A DNA stretch of 64,000 nt, from NCBI GenBank assembly GCA_011605725.1, contig JAAOZP010000011.1, positions 1-64,000 of the forward strand. Reading direction: 5' to 3'. The notes under the pieces are model-generated. The model had not been told where the DNA came from, did not search any database, and saw nothing but the letters and a program-made list of their open reading frames with translations. Each line of letters starts with the position of its first letter. Within the stretch, counting starts at the first letter, position 1. Below are positions 37,750-48,785 of this stretch, piece after piece. Made by a program: the position numbers and the translations under genes. Source of the stretch: Nitrososphaerota archaeon (GTDB lineage Archaea; Thermoproteota; EX4484-205; JAAOZP01).

Positions 37750-39273
37750 ATGGCTCGAACGCTAGACGAGATAATCCTGCCCGACGAGTTCAGAGATATT
37801 TACGACGAGGAAGACGGGTTGAAGAAGTTCAGGCTTTTCATAGGAGGGAAATGGGTTAAGCCTAGGAACGGGCGATACTTCAGTGTTAAATCGCCTTCAA
37901 CAAGGAGGGTTTTAGCGGAGGCGCCGCTGGGAAGCAGGGACGAGGCCCTGGAAGCCATTTCTGAAGCGGATTCATCGAGAAGCAGAATAAGGAATCTTGC
38001 AGCAATAGACAGGATAGAGATACTGGAGGCAGCGTCGAGACTAATAGCGAAGTACGAGGACTACTTGGTCAGCATCCTGGTGTCCGAGGCCGGTAAACCC
38101 CTAGTGTACGCGAAGGCTGAGGTTAATGCTGCTATGGAGAGGATGAGGCTCACGCTGGAGGAGGCTAGAAAGATCTATGGGGAATATATTCCGGGAGACT
38201 GGGTTAAAGACACTAAGAACAAGTTTGCAATAGTTTTAAGGGAGCCGGTGGGAATCGTCGCCGCCATCACGCCTTTCAACTATCCTCTTTTCTCCCCTAT
38301 TGCGAAGATTGCGCCTGCACTCGTCTCTGGGAACAGTGTTGTTCACAAGCCTGCTAGCGATACTCCGGTGACTGGGCTTTTTCTCGCTAAGATTCTGCAG
38401 GCCGCCGGGCTTCCCGACGGTGTTTTAAACGTTGTAACTGGGCCTGGGGGTGAGGTTGGAGATGTTTTTGTTTCAGACCCGAGGGTGAAGGCTGTGAGCT
38501 TCACTGGAAGCACCGAGATTGGTTCAAAGATCCCTGCTAAAGCAGGCTTGAAAAAGCTTCATCTAGAGCTAGGTGGAAAGGCTGCTGCAATAGTGCTTAA
38601 GGATGCAGACCTAGATTTGGCTGCGGAGAAGATTACGTTAGGGGTTGTGAAGAACTCCGGCCAGCGGTGCGACGCTATAAGCCGGGCTTTAGTAGTTAAA
38701 GAGGTTGCCGATGAGCTTGTTGGGAAACTGGAGGAGAGGTTTAGAAACATCAGGTTCGGCTATCCTTGGGAGGAGGGTGTTCAAGTAGGGCCGTTGATAA
38801 ACGAAAAGGCTTTGAACCATGTTGCAAGCCTTGTGGAAGACGCTGTCAGTAAGAGAGCCCTCCTGCTAGTGGGAGGGAAAAACCATGGTTTAATATATGA
38901 GCCGACTCTTCTCGACCACGTTCCGCTTGAAGCAAGGATTGCTTGGGAGGAAACGTTCGGCCCAGTCCTGCCTGTGATAAGGGTTAGAGACGAGTATGAG
39001 GCTGTAGAGGTCTCTAATAGGTCCAACCTCGGGTTGGACTCCGCGGTTTTCACGAACTCTCTATACAGCATGTGGAGAATTGCTAAGACTCTGCAAGTTG
39101 GCACGGTTAGTGTTAACGATGCTCCTGCACACGGTGTTGGAAACTTCCCGTTTGGAGGCGTGAAGGATTCAGGAATAGGGAGAGAGGGGCTTGGATACAG
39201 TATTGATGAACTGACGGTAATAAAAACGGTTTCCGTGAACATTGCACCATCCGGACTCTGGAAGGGAAGATAG
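37750..39273 (+). CDS. gapN: Non-phosphorylating glyceraldehyde-3-phosphate dehydrogenase (ALDH family)
   Basis: ITPFNYP, FTGS, LELGGK, SGQRCDAI, EETFGP, HGVGNFPFGG, resembling archaeal GAPN. Confidence 0.8.
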   Translation: MARTLDEIILPDEFRDIYDEEDGLKKFRLFIGGKWVKPRNGRYFSVKSPSTRRVLAEAPLGSRDEALEAISEADSSRSRIRNLAAIDRIEILEAASRLIAKYEDYLVSILVSEAGKPLVYAKAEVNAAMERMRLTLEEARKIYGEYIPGDWVKDTKNKFAIVLREPVGIVAAITPFNYPLFSPIAKIAPALVSGNSVVHKPASDTPVTGLFLAKILQAAGLPDGVLNVVTGPGGEVGDVFVSDPRVKAVSFTGSTEIGSKIPAKAGLKKLHLELGGKAAAIVLKDADLDLAAEKITLGVVKNSGQRCDAISRALVVKEVADELVGKLEERFRNIRFGYPWEEGVQVGPLINEKALNHVASLVEDAVSKRALLLVGGKNHGLIYEPTLLDHVPLEARIAWEETFGPVLPVIRVRDEYEAVEVSNRSNLGLDSAVFTNSLYSMWRIAKTLQVGTVSVNDAPAHGVGNFPFGGVKDSGIGREGLGYSIDELTVIKTVSVNIAPSGLWKGR

Positions 39274-39320
39274 CTCTAAAAAGCCTAAAAATTAATATTG
39301 TGAAGAATCATTTTAGAAGC

Positions 39321-40289
39321 ATGGTTTCAGAAGGGGTGAGAAAGATCCTTGGTCTGGTTTACGGGAGGGAGCTGCTATCCTATGATTTCGGTCCAAGACA
39401 TGTTATGAATTCAGCTAGGCTGGAATCTTTCTTCAAAGCCCTGGAGTCATCCGGGTTGGTTTCAGACAGCCGTGTTCTTTTACTTAAGCCTAGGATGGCA
39501 ACTTTTGAGGAGATAGCCCTATATCATGACGAGAGGTATATTGAATTCGTGAAGCAGATGTCTGTTGAGGGCAAGGGTCTGCTGGACCATGGTGATACTC
39601 CTGCTTTCCCAGGTGTTTTCGAAGCTGCTTCCCTCGTGGTTGGTTCAACGCTTGAAGCACTGGACGCGGTCATGAAAGGGGACGTTTTATACTCTATGAA
39701 CCCGATGGGGGGGTTACACCACGCTAGGCGCGGCAGGGCTGCCGGGTTCTGCGTTTTTAATGACGTGGGCGTTTTAATCGAGAAAGCCAGAAGAAAATAT
39801 GGTGTTAGAAAAATACTTTACGTTGACCTTGATGCTCACCATGGTGACGGAGTTATGTACGATTATTATTATGATCCGAACCTGTTCATCGTTGATTTTC
39901 ACGAGGACGGGAGGTATCTTTACCCGGGAACCGGTTTCGAGGGGGAGACTGGCGGCGGGGAGGCTGCGGGGACTAAGCTTAACCTTCCTTTAAAACCCTG
40001 GGCGACTGACCGGGATTTCGAGGATAAAATGGAGAATGCTAAACGGTTCATGTCTAAAACTTCCTTTGAATTGATGGTTTTTCAAGCGGGTGCTGACAGT
40101 ATCGCCGGCGATCCGATTACGCATTTGAAGCTAACCGCCCATGCCCATCTTCAAATTGTTTCATTCCTTAAAGAACTGTCTGGTAAATCAAACGTTTGCC
40201 CGCTGGTCGTGCTGGGCGGCGGAGGTTATAATCCGGCTAACACTGCAGAAGTCTGGCTTAAGATAGTTAACGCCCTGGTAAAACAGTAG
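39321..40289 (+). CDS. acuC: AcuC / histone-deacetylase family protein
   Basis: GDTPAF, GGLHHA...GFC, DLDAHHGDG, QAGAD, GGGGY. Confidence 0.85.
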   Translation: MVSEGVRKILGLVYGRELLSYDFGPRHVMNSARLESFFKALESSGLVSDSRVLLLKPRMATFEEIALYHDERYIEFVKQMSVEGKGLLDHGDTPAFPGVFEAASLVVGSTLEALDAVMKGDVLYSMNPMGGLHHARRGRAAGFCVFNDVGVLIEKARRKYGVRKILYVDLDAHHGDGVMYDYYYDPNLFIVDFHEDGRYLYPGTGFEGETGGGEAAGTKLNLPLKPWATDRDFEDKMENAKRFMSKTSFELMVFQAGADSIAGDPITHLKLTAHAHLQIVSFLKELSGKSNVCPLVVLGGGGYNPANTAEVWLKIVNALVKQ

Positions 40290-40351
40290 CGTGTTAAACA
40301 CTTTCCAGGGAAAATGAATTGTTAAATTCGTGGAGCAACCGGGATGGCTGA

Positions 40352-41257
40352 ATGAGGATCGCAATCTTAACGGAGCTTCTTGCAGTATTCCTCTGGGCTC
40401 TGGGAAACATATTCGTAGCATATTTAAGCATGTTCTTCGACAATTACACGCAGAATTTTTTCAGGTTTATTTCGGCCAGCATGGTACTGCTGTTTTTATC
40501 GCTGCTCTTAAAAAAGGAAGATTATTTAAACTCCTTAAGAAGACTGAACACGCTTTCAATCCCTATTGCAACCGTCTTCGCATTTCAGGTATTAATTGTT
40601 TACGGGATAGCTTTTACAACGCCAACAGTAGCAACGTTGGTAACACGACTCAGCATTGTCTTCGTCGACATACTTGCCTTCTATCTATTCCCAGAGGAGA
40701 AGACGATGTTTTCGAAAAAGGGTTTCATAATGGGCACTGTAATGTCTTTCATAGGGGTTTCAGGAGTTATCTTAACGGGTGCAGGTTTTTCTCCGCCTGG
40801 AGAAATGTTTATAGCGGGCGTCGTCTTCTTATTGTTAGCCTCAATACTCTGGGCTGTCTACACGGTTTCCATCAGGATTGTTCTCAGAGATTTAGACCCG
40901 CTTTCAGCAACAACCAACATATTCCTGTTCTCCGGAATAATGTACCTTCCCTTCTCAATTTTAACTGGAGGAGTATACATGGTTTTAAAAGCAGAGCCGG
41001 TTGTGAACCTGGTGCTAGTGGTCTCAGGAGTTCTCGCAATAGGCTTAGCCAACTTTCTCAACTATTATGCTATTCAGAAGTTGGGTGCATCTCTGCCCGC
41101 AAACCTTCAAATCCTCCTCCCGGTTTTCACTGGTGTAATGTCCGTCATAGTGTTTAATGAAGAAATGCATCCCGTTAAAATCTTCTTCTCAGCCTTAACC
41201 TTAATCGGATGCTGGATGCTGGTTAGAGCTTCAGAGCAACTTTTTTCAAGAAACTAA
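40352..41257 (+). CDS. DMT/EamA family transporter
   Basis: 10 TM in two EamA repeats. Confidence 0.85.
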   Translation: MRIAILTELLAVFLWALGNIFVAYLSMFFDNYTQNFFRFISASMVLLFLSLLLKKEDYLNSLRRLNTLSIPIATVFAFQVLIVYGIAFTTPTVATLVTRLSIVFVDILAFYLFPEEKTMFSKKGFIMGTVMSFIGVSGVILTGAGFSPPGEMFIAGVVFLLLASILWAVYTVSIRIVLRDLDPLSATTNIFLFSGIMYLPFSILTGGVYMVLKAEPVVNLVLVVSGVLAIGLANFLNYYAIQKLGASLPANLQILLPVFTGVMSVIVFNEEMHPVKIFFSALTLIGCWMLVRASEQLFSRN

Positions 41258-41353
41258 ATGCCCCCCCAAATCTATACATCTTGTCTAACCTCTTAACAGG
41301 CTAGGGTTGTTCAAATAGAAAGCTTTATCCATGGGATGTAACCAGGCTGATGC

Positions 41354-42664
41354 ATGAGCTGTAGGGATGAGCTTGTGAGACTGCTTTCAAACCTGCTGAA
41401 AATAGACACTAGTAATCCACCTGGGAACGAGAGTAATGCAGCCGGCTTCCTGAAAGACTGGCTTTCACAGAGAGGTGTTGAATCCGAAATATTAGAGTTT
41501 GAGAAAGGGAGGGGTAACTTGTTTTCCAGGATAAAGGGTTCCGGCGAAGGGCCGTCACTACTCCTGCTTTCACATACTGATGTTGTTCCAGCCGACTCGG
41601 CTAGGTGGAGGGTTCCTCCTTTCTCAGGTGCTGTTAAAGACGGGTATATATGGGGAAGGGGGGCACTAGACATGAAGAGCATGGTTGCTGTTGAAACCAT
41701 GGTTTTCAGTGAAATGGTGGATAAAGATTTGAAGGGAGACCTTGTTCTTCTAGCGACCGCTGATGAGGAGAAGGGGGGATCGGGAATTGTAAAAATGCTG
41801 GAGAAAGCCGGTGAAAAGATTATTGCCAACTATGTTATAAACGAGGGCGGGGGAGAAGGAATACTCACTAAGAACGGATGGCTGTTCGACATTCAGACGG
41901 CTGAAAGAGGAGTCTTCTGGTATCGTGTTCAAACAAAGGGTTCTCCTGCACACGGCTCAGTACCGGGGCTTGGCGTAAACGCTATAGACAGGATGCGACC
42001 CCTGCTGAACAGGGTTTCAGAATTCAAAGGGGCTTGCGAAAAGGTTAACCCGTCTTGGAAATACGTTGAATCCCTGCTGAAAATGATGGGGCTCGTAACC
42101 GAGCGGGAAGATATCAGTAATGTTGAAATCCTTCTGAATAAGCTGGCGGAGGTCGATAAAGGTTTGGGAGAGTCTGCTAAAGCAATGCTTCAAGTTACGA
42201 TGACGCCCACGATGATTCAAGGGGGTGTTAAGGAGAACGTTGTCCCATACGAGTGTAAACTAACAGTTGACTGCAGAGTCCCCCCTGGATACTCTGGTGA
42301 GCGTGTGAAAAGCATGATTATGGATTTGTTCCATGGTCTTGAATACGAGCTGGAATTCATACAGGAGTCGGAGCCAACCGTCTCCCCTGTTGACACACCC
42401 TTATACAGGGTGATTGAAAACTCTCTTTTGAAACAGGTTCCCGGAGCCAGGCTTGAACCTACTACTAAAACGGGTGGGACTGATTCAAGATACTTCAGGA
42501 GGATGGGAATACCTGCATACGGCTTTCAGCCTCTAATGGTTGAGGGAAACTATTATGAATGGTCAAGAATGGTACATGGAGACAATGAAAGAATTTCGAT
42601 AGAAAACCTGTTATTCTGCTACAGGGTGTTGAAACAAGTAGTGGAATCATTCATGCTGAAGTAG
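41354..42664 (+). CDS. M20/M25/M40 family metallo-hydrolase
   Basis: SHTDVVP, GRGALDMKS, DEE, NEGG, GGTD, HG.NE. Confidence 0.9.
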   Translation: MSCRDELVRLLSNLLKIDTSNPPGNESNAAGFLKDWLSQRGVESEILEFEKGRGNLFSRIKGSGEGPSLLLLSHTDVVPADSARWRVPPFSGAVKDGYIWGRGALDMKSMVAVETMVFSEMVDKDLKGDLVLLATADEEKGGSGIVKMLEKAGEKIIANYVINEGGGEGILTKNGWLFDIQTAERGVFWYRVQTKGSPAHGSVPGLGVNAIDRMRPLLNRVSEFKGACEKVNPSWKYVESLLKMMGLVTEREDISNVEILLNKLAEVDKGLGESAKAMLQVTMTPTMIQGGVKENVVPYECKLTVDCRVPPGYSGERVKSMIMDLFHGLEYELEFIQESEPTVSPVDTPLYRVIENSLLKQVPGARLEPTTKTGGTDSRYFRRMGIPAYGFQPLMVEGNYYEWSRMVHGDNERISIENLLFCYRVLKQVVESFMLK

Positions 42665-42738
42665 AGTTAGCTTACACACGTTAGGAAGCATGTTGACTAG
42701 AGCCATTAAAGTATTTAAAAAAAGGTGGAATATTTGGT

Positions 42739-43122
42739 TTAAATGTATTGTTTACAGTTGTAGCAATAGTATCTCTTATACTGCGGTATCCATGTTCCAG
42801 GCTTGCCGCACTTAGGGCAGAGCGGTATCGAGGGTTGAGCCGCAGGAGCTGCTACGGCTGGAGCTTGCTGTGCAGCAGGCGCAGCGGTCACAGCAACCTG
42901 GGGGATTTCAATCTTCTTAGAAAGCAGGATTATGTCTCCAACAGTCTTCACGTCGCCCCATTCTATCTCAACCATGCTGCCGGCTTTCGTCGAAATATAC
43001 AGTGTTATGCCTCCCTGGCCTGGAACAAGCCCTATTTCCTTAACCGTCCCTACGAAAAGGCAATCAGGATCATAAACCTGCATGCCTATCAGTTTCGACT
43101 GAGGAATTCCTTTCCCACTCAT
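42739..43122 (-). CDS. PRC-barrel protein with Ala/Pro linker and C-terminal zinc ribbon
   Basis: LIGMQVYD...VGTV...I.W.DV..VGDIIL; CPKC...CYNC. Confidence 0.8.
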   Translation of the reverse strand: MSGKGIPQSKLIGMQVYDPDCLFVGTVKEIGLVPGQGGITLYISTKAGSMVEIEWGDVKTVGDIILLSKKIEIPQVAVTAAPAAQQAPAVAAPAAQPSIPLCPKCGKPGTWIPQYKRYYCYNCKQYI

Positions 43123-43315
43123 TGCTGATGAGAAACACTATAGGGTTATATATTAACTTTCATGTTTTTCATCCTGATAAGATTTTTCAACAAATAATGC
43201 GGAGAGAAGCGTCCTCGTTAACACTGTGAATCGTTTCTCAGCCGCAAACATGTTCTTCTCCTCATTTTCCTGCAGAAACTTTGAAAAGAAAGGTTAGGAG
43301 CACGAGTGTTTATCA

Positions 43316-44548
43316 TTAAGGCTTGCTAAGCTCATCCGCGTTCCTCTTAACCTTTTCGAACGCGGCTATTATATCGTCCATATCCTCCTTAGAGCCGAGA
43401 AGAACGTTTTGAGGAAGCCATAAGCCTTCGGTGTAACAAGCCTTCTCAGCCACAGGCAGGCTCAGCCCAGAGTAATCCATGGACCTGCCGTGATACGGGC
43501 AGGACAATGGGCATTTTCTGAAATATTCGAGATATGGCTCCTTATAGAGCGGCCTCGAGTATCCTACGCTTACAGGTATTCCTTCAGCCTTCATCGCTTC
43601 GGCGAAAACAGCCTTAGAAACGCCTCCGAAGGCTTCAGGATCATATCTGAATATGTAGAGGTGCCAAGCATGCCTAGTGATTCTCTCATCATTCTTCAGA
43701 GGCTTCAAACCATCTATTTTAGAAAGCTTGCTGTTGAGATAGCTAGCGTTCTCCATGCGTCTCACAGTATGCTCATCCAGTCTTTCAAGCTGAACCAGCA
43801 GTATTGCGGCTTGAAACTCAGTCATGCGATAGTTGACTCCAGGGAGATAATGCTCGTACCATGCTCCCTGCGGGAGGCGGCCGCAGTTATGCAGGCTCCA
43901 GGCTTTAACATACAGCTCCTCGTTGCTTGTCACTGTTATCCCTCCCTCTCCGCTAGTAATGTTCTTGCTAGACTGAAAGCTGAAGCATCCGAAGTCTCCG
44001 AAGCTTCCTGTTCTCCTCCCCCTCCATTCTGCACCCCAGGCTTGACACGCGTCCTCAACAACACGCAAATCATGCTTCTCAGCTATTCTCATAATCTCAT
44101 CCATGTTGGCCGGCCTCCCTCCGATGTGGACAGGAAGTATTGCTTTCGTTTTTTCAGTAATAGCTTCCTCTATTCGCCTCGGGTCAATATTGAAAGTATC
44201 GGGCTCAATATCGACGAAGACAGGTACCGCGTTAACGTAAAGTATTGCGGTGGCCGTAGCCATGAAAGTATAGGGTGTGGTTATAACCTCGCTTCCAAAA
44301 CCCACTCCACATGCCCGGAGAGATATTTCAAGCGCGGTCGTGCCGCTCGTTACTGCAACACCATACTTAGCGTGTTGGTATGCTGCAAACTTTTCCTCAA
44401 GCTGCTTAACGTATTGTCCGCCTATGCCCCACACGCCGCTTTCCAAAACTTTTTTCAAAGCTTCAAGCTCTCTGTTGTCGAAGACAGGCCACTTTGGGAA
44501 AGGTTTGCCTCTAACCGGCTTGCCACCTTTTAAAGCTAGTTGAACCAT
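43316..44548 (-). CDS. DegT/DnrJ/EryC1/StrS PLP-dependent aminotransferase
   Basis: SGTTAL, EDACQAWG, FSFQSSKNITSGEGG, NYRM. Confidence 0.92.
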   Translation of the reverse strand: MVQLALKGGKPVRGKPFPKWPVFDNRELEALKKVLESGVWGIGGQYVKQLEEKFAAYQHAKYGVAVTSGTTALEISLRACGVGFGSEVITTPYTFMATATAILYVNAVPVFVDIEPDTFNIDPRRIEEAITEKTKAILPVHIGGRPANMDEIMRIAEKHDLRVVEDACQAWGAEWRGRRTGSFGDFGCFSFQSSKNITSGEGGITVTSNEELYVKAWSLHNCGRLPQGAWYEHYLPGVNYRMTEFQAAILLVQLERLDEHTVRRMENASYLNSKLSKIDGLKPLKNDERITRHAWHLYIFRYDPEAFGGVSKAVFAEAMKAEGIPVSVGYSRPLYKEPYLEYFRKCPLSCPYHGRSMDYSGLSLPVAEKACYTEGLWLPQNVLLGSKEDMDDIIAAFEKVKRNADELSKP

Positions 44549-44768
44549 GTTTCCAACCCTATTCTTGCAGTATAAAAATGTATCTTGGGAAAACGATTAA
44601 CCCCCATTAGGCAACAGTGCTGCAAGACTCTTGCTTCCAAGCTTACGGTAGGGAAGAGCTGAAGCGTGCATCCAGTTTGCAGTTTTAAAAAGGTCTTTAC
44701 CAGCCGGATGGTTTCAGTTGAATCTTACCGTTTAGCGGTGCGTGCTGATGCTTCCTATTTAAATCTGG

Positions 44769-47252
44769 CTAGACGCCTAGAACATAGTTTAAGACGAGCA
44801 GTGTAACATTATAGGTGGCATGCAAAGCTATTGGACACCACAACCTGTAGCCGCGTTTCCTGAAAACGTATCCAAGTATGATTCCGACTAGGAAAGCCGG
44901 GAGGAATTGCCAAGGATTCAGGTGGAAGGCCCCGAAAAAGATGGAGGACAATACTATTCCCCATCTGCTCCCTAGGCTTGACTCGAAGCCCTGCTGTATA
45001 AACCCCCTGAACAAAGCTTCCTCGCAGGGTGCGACAATGAGTATCGTGACTAGGGACAGTTTGACTAGCTCTGTGAATGAAGATGGTGAAAACATTTGGA
45101 AAAGCCCTTCAAACCATTGTGGAACCGGTATGAGGGTTTCGATGATCATCCCGGCAGAAACCCCTGTTAAAACAGTTAAGGGCAGAGCAAGCAATGCCGT
45201 TTTATATTCCTGCATGGCGCTTCGCGAGTCTAGCCCAAGGAAGCTTAAACTTATCTTCCTGCCAACCATGTAGAGAAGCACGGGAATCATCATCGCAACC
45301 TCCCCTACGATGAGCAGCGTCAAATTATCAATACTCATGCCTGTGGAAAGAGAGAATATTAGAAACGGTGTTTCTAAGACAGCTGGGAGAAACATGGCTA
45401 TGATGAGAATCAGCAAGGATTGGGATGCTTTCCAAGGCACGTTGCAAGGGGCTTGCTGCAAGAATTCTCCGTCATCCTGTTTTGCCGTCTTCCTTTGAAA
45501 AAAGATGGATGCTGCAAGCACTATGCTTGTTAAAACTGCTAAAGGTGGGGCATATGCCTTTCCCTCCCAGTCAGACTGGCTGGGGAAGAACCCGATTAAG
45601 CTTACAACCATGAGTATTGATGAAGCGAGTGTTAAAAAATTCAGCAAGTAGTTCCAATAATTCGTGCGGTGTTGCATCTGGGGTTTCAGAAACGGTTTTG
45701 TGAGAGGTCTCTCAACAGGAGCCCTGCCGAAGAACGTCTCCGATTTTGCAAGCGTGTACTTGGATAATAGGAAGGCGATCAGGCTCGTATAGGAAACCAG
45801 TGTGAAGATTATCATGGGCGGCGGTGTGTCCGCGATGCTGATCGTGGTTCTTGCAATTATTGTAGGCATTGAGAGGAATACTGCTCCGAACAACGGTATG
45901 AAAACGTATAGCAGTGCGCTGAGGGAAAGCGCGTTGGAAGGCTTGTTCAAAACTAGTGCTGTAGCTACTGAAAGTATGGATGAGAAGAGCGTAACAGACA
46001 ACAGGAGCAGGAAATCCAGCACTAGGAAAGGTGTTCCAGCTAAAAGAATGTTGAAAATACTGTAGAAGATGAGGGCGAAGCTGAAGGTCGCTATGAAATA
46101 TGCTATGAGCATGCCCTTTACATATCTCCGGAACCCTTTTTCAGAGACTGCTACTGTCCAAAGTGTTTCACGCTCCATTATCCCCCAGTTTATCGAGAAG
46201 ATCGCTGGGATTAGGGGTGTGTAGAGTATACTGAAGGTTAAGGCTGCCAGTGCGAAGAATCTGAACTGCCTAACCAGAACCGGGAAGCTTAAGTTTGCAA
46301 TCGTAGCGATTGCGAAAAGCATCATGGCTGTGAAAAGACTGCCGTCTCTCAACACTCTTAAAAGGTTAAGCTTAACGACTAAAGCCATCGGCTTCTCATT
46401 CATATTAGGCGAAAGTATCTGTGTAAACATCCTTGGCGCCCACTTAAGTATTCTACGGTTGCTTGAAGGCATCTCCATTAACGCTGTCGTGAGAAGAGGA
46501 GTAACGTTAGGAATAAAATTGATCCTCATCACGGCGAAGTAGGAGCTGATTATCAAAACAATGTAGACTAACAGTACAGAGGTTTCTAGGTTTCCCAGAG
46601 AGTCTAAGGAGTACTTGGCCAGTAAGGTTGAGGGATAAGGCAAGTCGGAGTAGTTCACTCCGAGCCCGATGGCCATGCTTAAAAGAGGCATGAAAAGTAT
46701 TAGAAGGATAACCCATCCTGCTGCCTCGACTTCAACATTCTTCAAAATACTCTTAAGAACTCCCAGTATCTGGGCTATTGTTGAAGAAAGGAGGAGCATG
46801 ATTTCATATGACAGAAAGACTGTTGGAAGAAAATCTAGGCGTGGATGCAGCATTACAGCCATGAAGGAAACAAGTGGCGGCGTGACGGCGAAGTTTAGGA
46901 AGAAGAATTGGAAAAGCAGGTCTGCGACAAGGTATGTCGACGGCTTAACGGGAGATGTTAAAACGAAATCTATTTCTGGCTCAAGCGCTGTTATCCCGCC
47001 TTTCAGGCCTAGGAAAACACCCATGGCTATCACGCTTGAAAAAGTTATGGATACTATGTTGGTAAGTTCCTTCTCACTCATCTCGGAGAAACCGTAGAAC
47101 CCTCTTATGAAAAACCCGCTGAAGAAGGATGAGAACACTATGATGAAGTAAAACACGATTGTTGAAAACTTTACTGAAAAGCTTCTCCTCAATGGCCCGT
47201 AATACTGGAGAAGCTTGAAAACGAATATTTGCAGTATTCTAGAGTGTTCCAC
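44769..47252 (-). CDS. ABC exporter permease fused to a C-terminal CPBP/Abi (CAAX protease) domain
   Basis: Multi-TM N-terminal part (EIDFVLTSP); C-terminal EEALFRG, FGAFH, HATYN. Confidence 0.75.
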   Translation of the reverse strand: MEHSRILQIFVFKLLQYYGPLRRSFSVKFSTIVFYFIIVFSSFFSGFFIRGFYGFSEMSEKELTNIVSITFSSVIAMGVFLGLKGGITALEPEIDFVLTSPVKPSTYLVADLLFQFFFLNFAVTPPLVSFMAVMLHPRLDFLPTVFLSYEIMLLLSSTIAQILGVLKSILKNVEVEAAGWVILLILFMPLLSMAIGLGVNYSDLPYPSTLLAKYSLDSLGNLETSVLLVYIVLIISSYFAVMRINFIPNVTPLLTTALMEMPSSNRRILKWAPRMFTQILSPNMNEKPMALVVKLNLLRVLRDGSLFTAMMLFAIATIANLSFPVLVRQFRFFALAALTFSILYTPLIPAIFSINWGIMERETLWTVAVSEKGFRRYVKGMLIAYFIATFSFALIFYSIFNILLAGTPFLVLDFLLLLSVTLFSSILSVATALVLNKPSNALSLSALLYVFIPLFGAVFLSMPTIIARTTISIADTPPPMIIFTLVSYTSLIAFLLSKYTLAKSETFFGRAPVERPLTKPFLKPQMQHRTNYWNYLLNFLTLASSILMVVSLIGFFPSQSDWEGKAYAPPLAVLTSIVLAASIFFQRKTAKQDDGEFLQQAPCNVPWKASQSLLILIIAMFLPAVLETPFLIFSLSTGMSIDNLTLLIVGEVAMMIPVLLYMVGRKISLSFLGLDSRSAMQEYKTALLALPLTVLTGVSAGMIIETLIPVPQWFEGLFQMFSPSSFTELVKLSLVTILIVAPCEEALFRGFIQQGFESSLGSRWGIVLSSIFFGAFHLNPWQFLPAFLVGIILGYVFRKRGYRLWCPIALHATYNVTLLVLNYVLGV

Positions 47253-48021
47253 CCTCTGTTCCCCCGACTATTCTGAAGAAGGCTTCCTCCAGCGTGCCCG
47301 AGGATTCCAGTCCTGCGATTTTCTTAAGCCCATCTATAGAGCCTTCAGCTATGCTTCTACCCTTGTGTATTATTGTGGCGTTGGTGCAGAATCTTTCAGC
47401 CATGTCAAGCATATGCGTGCACACGAGCGCTGCCCCACCCTTGCTAACAATATCTCTAACAAGGCTTTTCACAAGCCGCTGGCCCTCCGGATCCAGCCCT
47501 ATGAAAGGCTCATCCATTATTATCAGCTTAGGCTGGTGAATGAATACTGTTGCTAAAGCGAGCCTCTGCTTCAAGCCTTTTGAGAGCTCGAGGATAAACC
47601 TGTTTTCACAATCGTTAAGCTCAAACATGCTTAGGAACTCCTGGACCCTTCTCCTGGTCTCCTCCCCGGGTTCAACCCCCCTGATTCTCGCGACATACCC
47701 TAGAAACTCCCTGGGGGTAAGGTAGTCTGGGAGGGACGGGGCTTCAGGCAAGTATCCGATGAGCCTTTTGAAGCCTTCGCCGCTTTTAACATCCATACCC
47801 ATAACCATTATCCTCCCCCTGTCAGGCTTGAGAAGGCCGACTACGCATTTCACAGTGGTCGTCTTACCGGCTCCGTTTGGACCTATTAAGCCGTGAATAC
47901 TTCCCGAGTTAACCTTCATGAATAAACCTGCTACGCCGACTGTCTCTCCATAGCTCTTCCAGAGGTCCTCAATATTCAGCAGAACCGTGTTCCCTGAGCA
48001 TTCGTCACGCGTCTGCAGCAA
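47239..48021 (-). CDS. ABC transporter ATP-binding protein
   Basis: GPNGAGKTT, LSKG, IMDEP, TH. Confidence 0.92.
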   Translation of the reverse strand: MLQTRDECSGNTVLLNIEDLWKSYGETVGVAGLFMKVNSGSIHGLIGPNGAGKTTTVKCVVGLLKPDRGRIMVMGMDVKSGEGFKRLIGYLPEAPSLPDYLTPREFLGYVARIRGVEPGEETRRRVQEFLSMFELNDCENRFILELSKGLKQRLALATVFIHQPKLIIMDEPFIGLDPEGQRLVKSLVRDIVSKGGAALVCTHMLDMAERFCTNATIIHKGRSIAEGSIDGLKKIAGLESSGTLEEAFFRIVGGTEGGTL

Positions 48022-48341
48022 GACTTAAGTTCTTAGAGAAGAGTAGAATTTTTAAGTTTTTAACAATCCGGTGAAAGACATTCGGGAACATTTAGCTTGG
48101 ACAAATACTGTGCTTCCCTACGTAGGGTGGAAGTATTCTTTAAACCATGTTTATTCATGTCAATAATACTTTTAACCATGGTGTTCGTGAATCAGAAAGC
48201 AGGTTCGCGTCTAATTGTTCCCGTATTTATTTTGAAAATTATGGTTCGAATAGGATGTGCGTAGAGTGTAGAAGCCAGTTTTATCTAATTATTTGGAAAA
48301 GACTTATATACTTATCTTTTAAGATTTTAGAGTGAAATAAA

Positions 48342-48746
48342 ATGGCTACGTCAACAGATGCGAGAAACTTTGCGAACTACTCGTACCTGGCTCTCCTAAT
48401 CCTAGGAGCACTTATGGCTTTAGCGGGTCTCTGGAACATAGTAAGTTTCATAACGTTACTAGGATATTGGGGATTCTACTTCTTCGGCGGCTTAATAATA
48501 TGGGGAATAGTTTTACTTGCATTGGGAGGATTCGGGGTTTTCACAGCTTTCACAGTCTGGAAGCCGAAGATCGTTGACGCTATAGACCAGGGAAGATACG
48601 AGGATGCATACAGGGTTGCTTCAAACCCTGTTCAATTGATAATCGGGCTCATATGTGGGGGCGTTATTCCTGCGATACTGCTTTTCCTGACACAGCAGAA
48701 GCTTGCTGAGATAGTGAGACCACCTCCACCTCCTCCACCATCCTAG
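48342..48746 (+). CDS. Small membrane protein with C-terminal poly-Pro
   Basis: 3-4 TM; ends RPPPPPPPS. Confidence 0.7.
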   Translation: MATSTDARNFANYSYLALLILGALMALAGLWNIVSFITLLGYWGFYFFGGLIIWGIVLLALGGFGVFTAFTVWKPKIVDAIDQGRYEDAYRVASNPVQLIIGLICGGVIPAILLFLTQQKLAEIVRPPPPPPPS

Positions 48747-48785
48747 GGATCATCAACAAATATTTTTTCCTGAATCAAAACTTCC

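Noticed and set aside
40330-41157. 275-aa same-strand alternate-frame ORF
   Set aside because: Overlaps the clear EamA transporter; composition is not protein-like.
43490-44533. 347-aa antisense ORF
   Set aside because: Shadow of the well-conserved DegT aminotransferase; no motifs.
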